Positions 63,345 to 64,000 of a stretch of 64,000 nucleotides of DNA are shown here, piece after piece. Each line of letters starts with the position of its first letter. Position 1 is the first letter of the stretch. Position numbers and translations under genes: made by a program. Origin of the DNA: a virus (taxonomy: Duplodnaviria; Caudoviricetes); the IMG/VR virus record IMGVR_UViG_3300028797_000010, positions 21,381 to 85,380 of that record; one strand, written 5' to 3'. The notes below the pieces were generated by a model. It saw only the letters and a program-made list of their open reading frames with translations. It ran no database searches and was not told the DNA's origin.

Positions 63345-64000
63345 TTATGTTATATTACGTAAATCAAACAATGTTTTTGTTTCTTGTAATCTTTTGTTGG
63401 CTAAGTCGCAATACTCTTTGCTTATTTCAAAGCCGATGTAGTTACGACCTAAAGCACGTGCGACTTTTGCTGTTGTACCACTGCCCATAAATGGGTCTAA
63501 CACTACATCACCTTCATTCGACCACGATTTGATGTGGTCGCAGGCAAGAAGTTCAGGGAACATGGCTGGGTGCTTGAAAGCGATTTGGTCTTTCGTCGTT
63601 AGATTCTTCCCAGTGTAGTATCGCCAGATGTTTGTCCGTCTGCCTTGTTCTCCGTATGAATAGCCGTTTGTCTTATGTAGAGTTCCGTCTTGTTGCCGTT
63701 TAGTGCTATTGAAATCCTCGCGGCTTTCGACATTTTGGCGGTCACATATTAGATTGATGGTTTTCGGTCTGCCCTTGCTAAAAACAAACATGTACTCAAA
63801 CGACTGCCAATAGCCGTTATTATTTCCGACTGCGCCTTGACATCCTTTGTTGTATATCATCGTGTCGTGCAACTTAAAGCCGCACTTCTTGAAGAACAAC
63901 GCCTGTCGAAATGATGTGCCTGTCTCGTCCCCGTCGATGGTTGCATCACCGACTACCCAAACGACCACACCGCCCTGCTTCGTCACTCGGTACAATTCCC
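63345..64000 (-). CDS. DNA N6A/N4C methyltransferase (beta class), 5'-truncated by the window
   Basis: HPAMFPELL...VVLDPFMGSGTTA...YIGFEIS. The frame continues past 64000. Confidence 0.92.
   Translation of the reverse strand, partial: ELYRVTKQGGVVVWVVGDATIDGDETGTSFRQALFFKKCGFKLHDTMIYNKGCQGAVGNNNGYWQSFEYMFVFSKGRPKTINLICDRQNVESREDFNSTKRQQDGTLHKTNGYSYGEQGRRTNIWRYYTGKNLTTKDQIAFKHPAMFPELLACDHIKSWSNEGDVVLDPFMGSGTTAKVARALGRNYIGFEISKEYCDLANKRLQETKTLFDLRNIT

Noticed and set aside
1-64000. Stop-codon reassignment (alternative genetic code)
   Set aside because: Core genes (TerL, portal, MCP, TMP, DnaN) are intact under the standard bacterial code, TAA, TAG and TGA all terminate genes, and there is no suppressor tRNA.

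Overview
This window is a 64-kb segment of a tailed dsDNA phage genome, probably a siphovirus given its long tape measure protein and tail tube, terminator and chaperone genes. The host is probably a Bacteroidota (Bacteroidales/Prevotella-like) bacterium, inferred from repeated TTTG-N19/20-TAnnTTTG promoters, A-rich translation starts, and DUF4494/DUF4376-like proteins. Layout: (1) 1-21.9 kb (+): recombination and replication helpers (RNase HI, SSB, YqaJ-like exonuclease, RecT, beta clamp, DUF1064 nuclease), an AT-rich array of small accessory genes, PI-PLC-like and PAP2-like enzymes, one tRNA-Gln and a GIY-YIG endonuclease. (2) 22-45.7 kb (-): an insulated six-gene operon of unknown function, tail fibre/spike genes, lysis genes, portal and large terminase. 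(3) 46-58.4 kb (+): scaffold, capsid, head-tail, tail tube, frameshifted tail chaperone and tape measure genes. (4) 58.5-64 kb (-): SSB-like protein, primase-helicase, an HNH endonuclease and a DNA methyltransferase cut by the window edge. I saw no integrase, DNA polymerase, reverse transcriptase or CRISPR array. The most notable observations are: a DGR-type variable repeat and GAA-loop hairpin with no template repeat or RT in the window; a promoter-plus-structured leader shared by two unrelated homing endonuclease genes; a module-shuffled gene array with repeated 36-bp 3' ends that carry strong Shine-Dalgarno sequences; and the insulated six-gene operon with a possible RNA switch. All product calls come from motifs read by eye, not from database searches.
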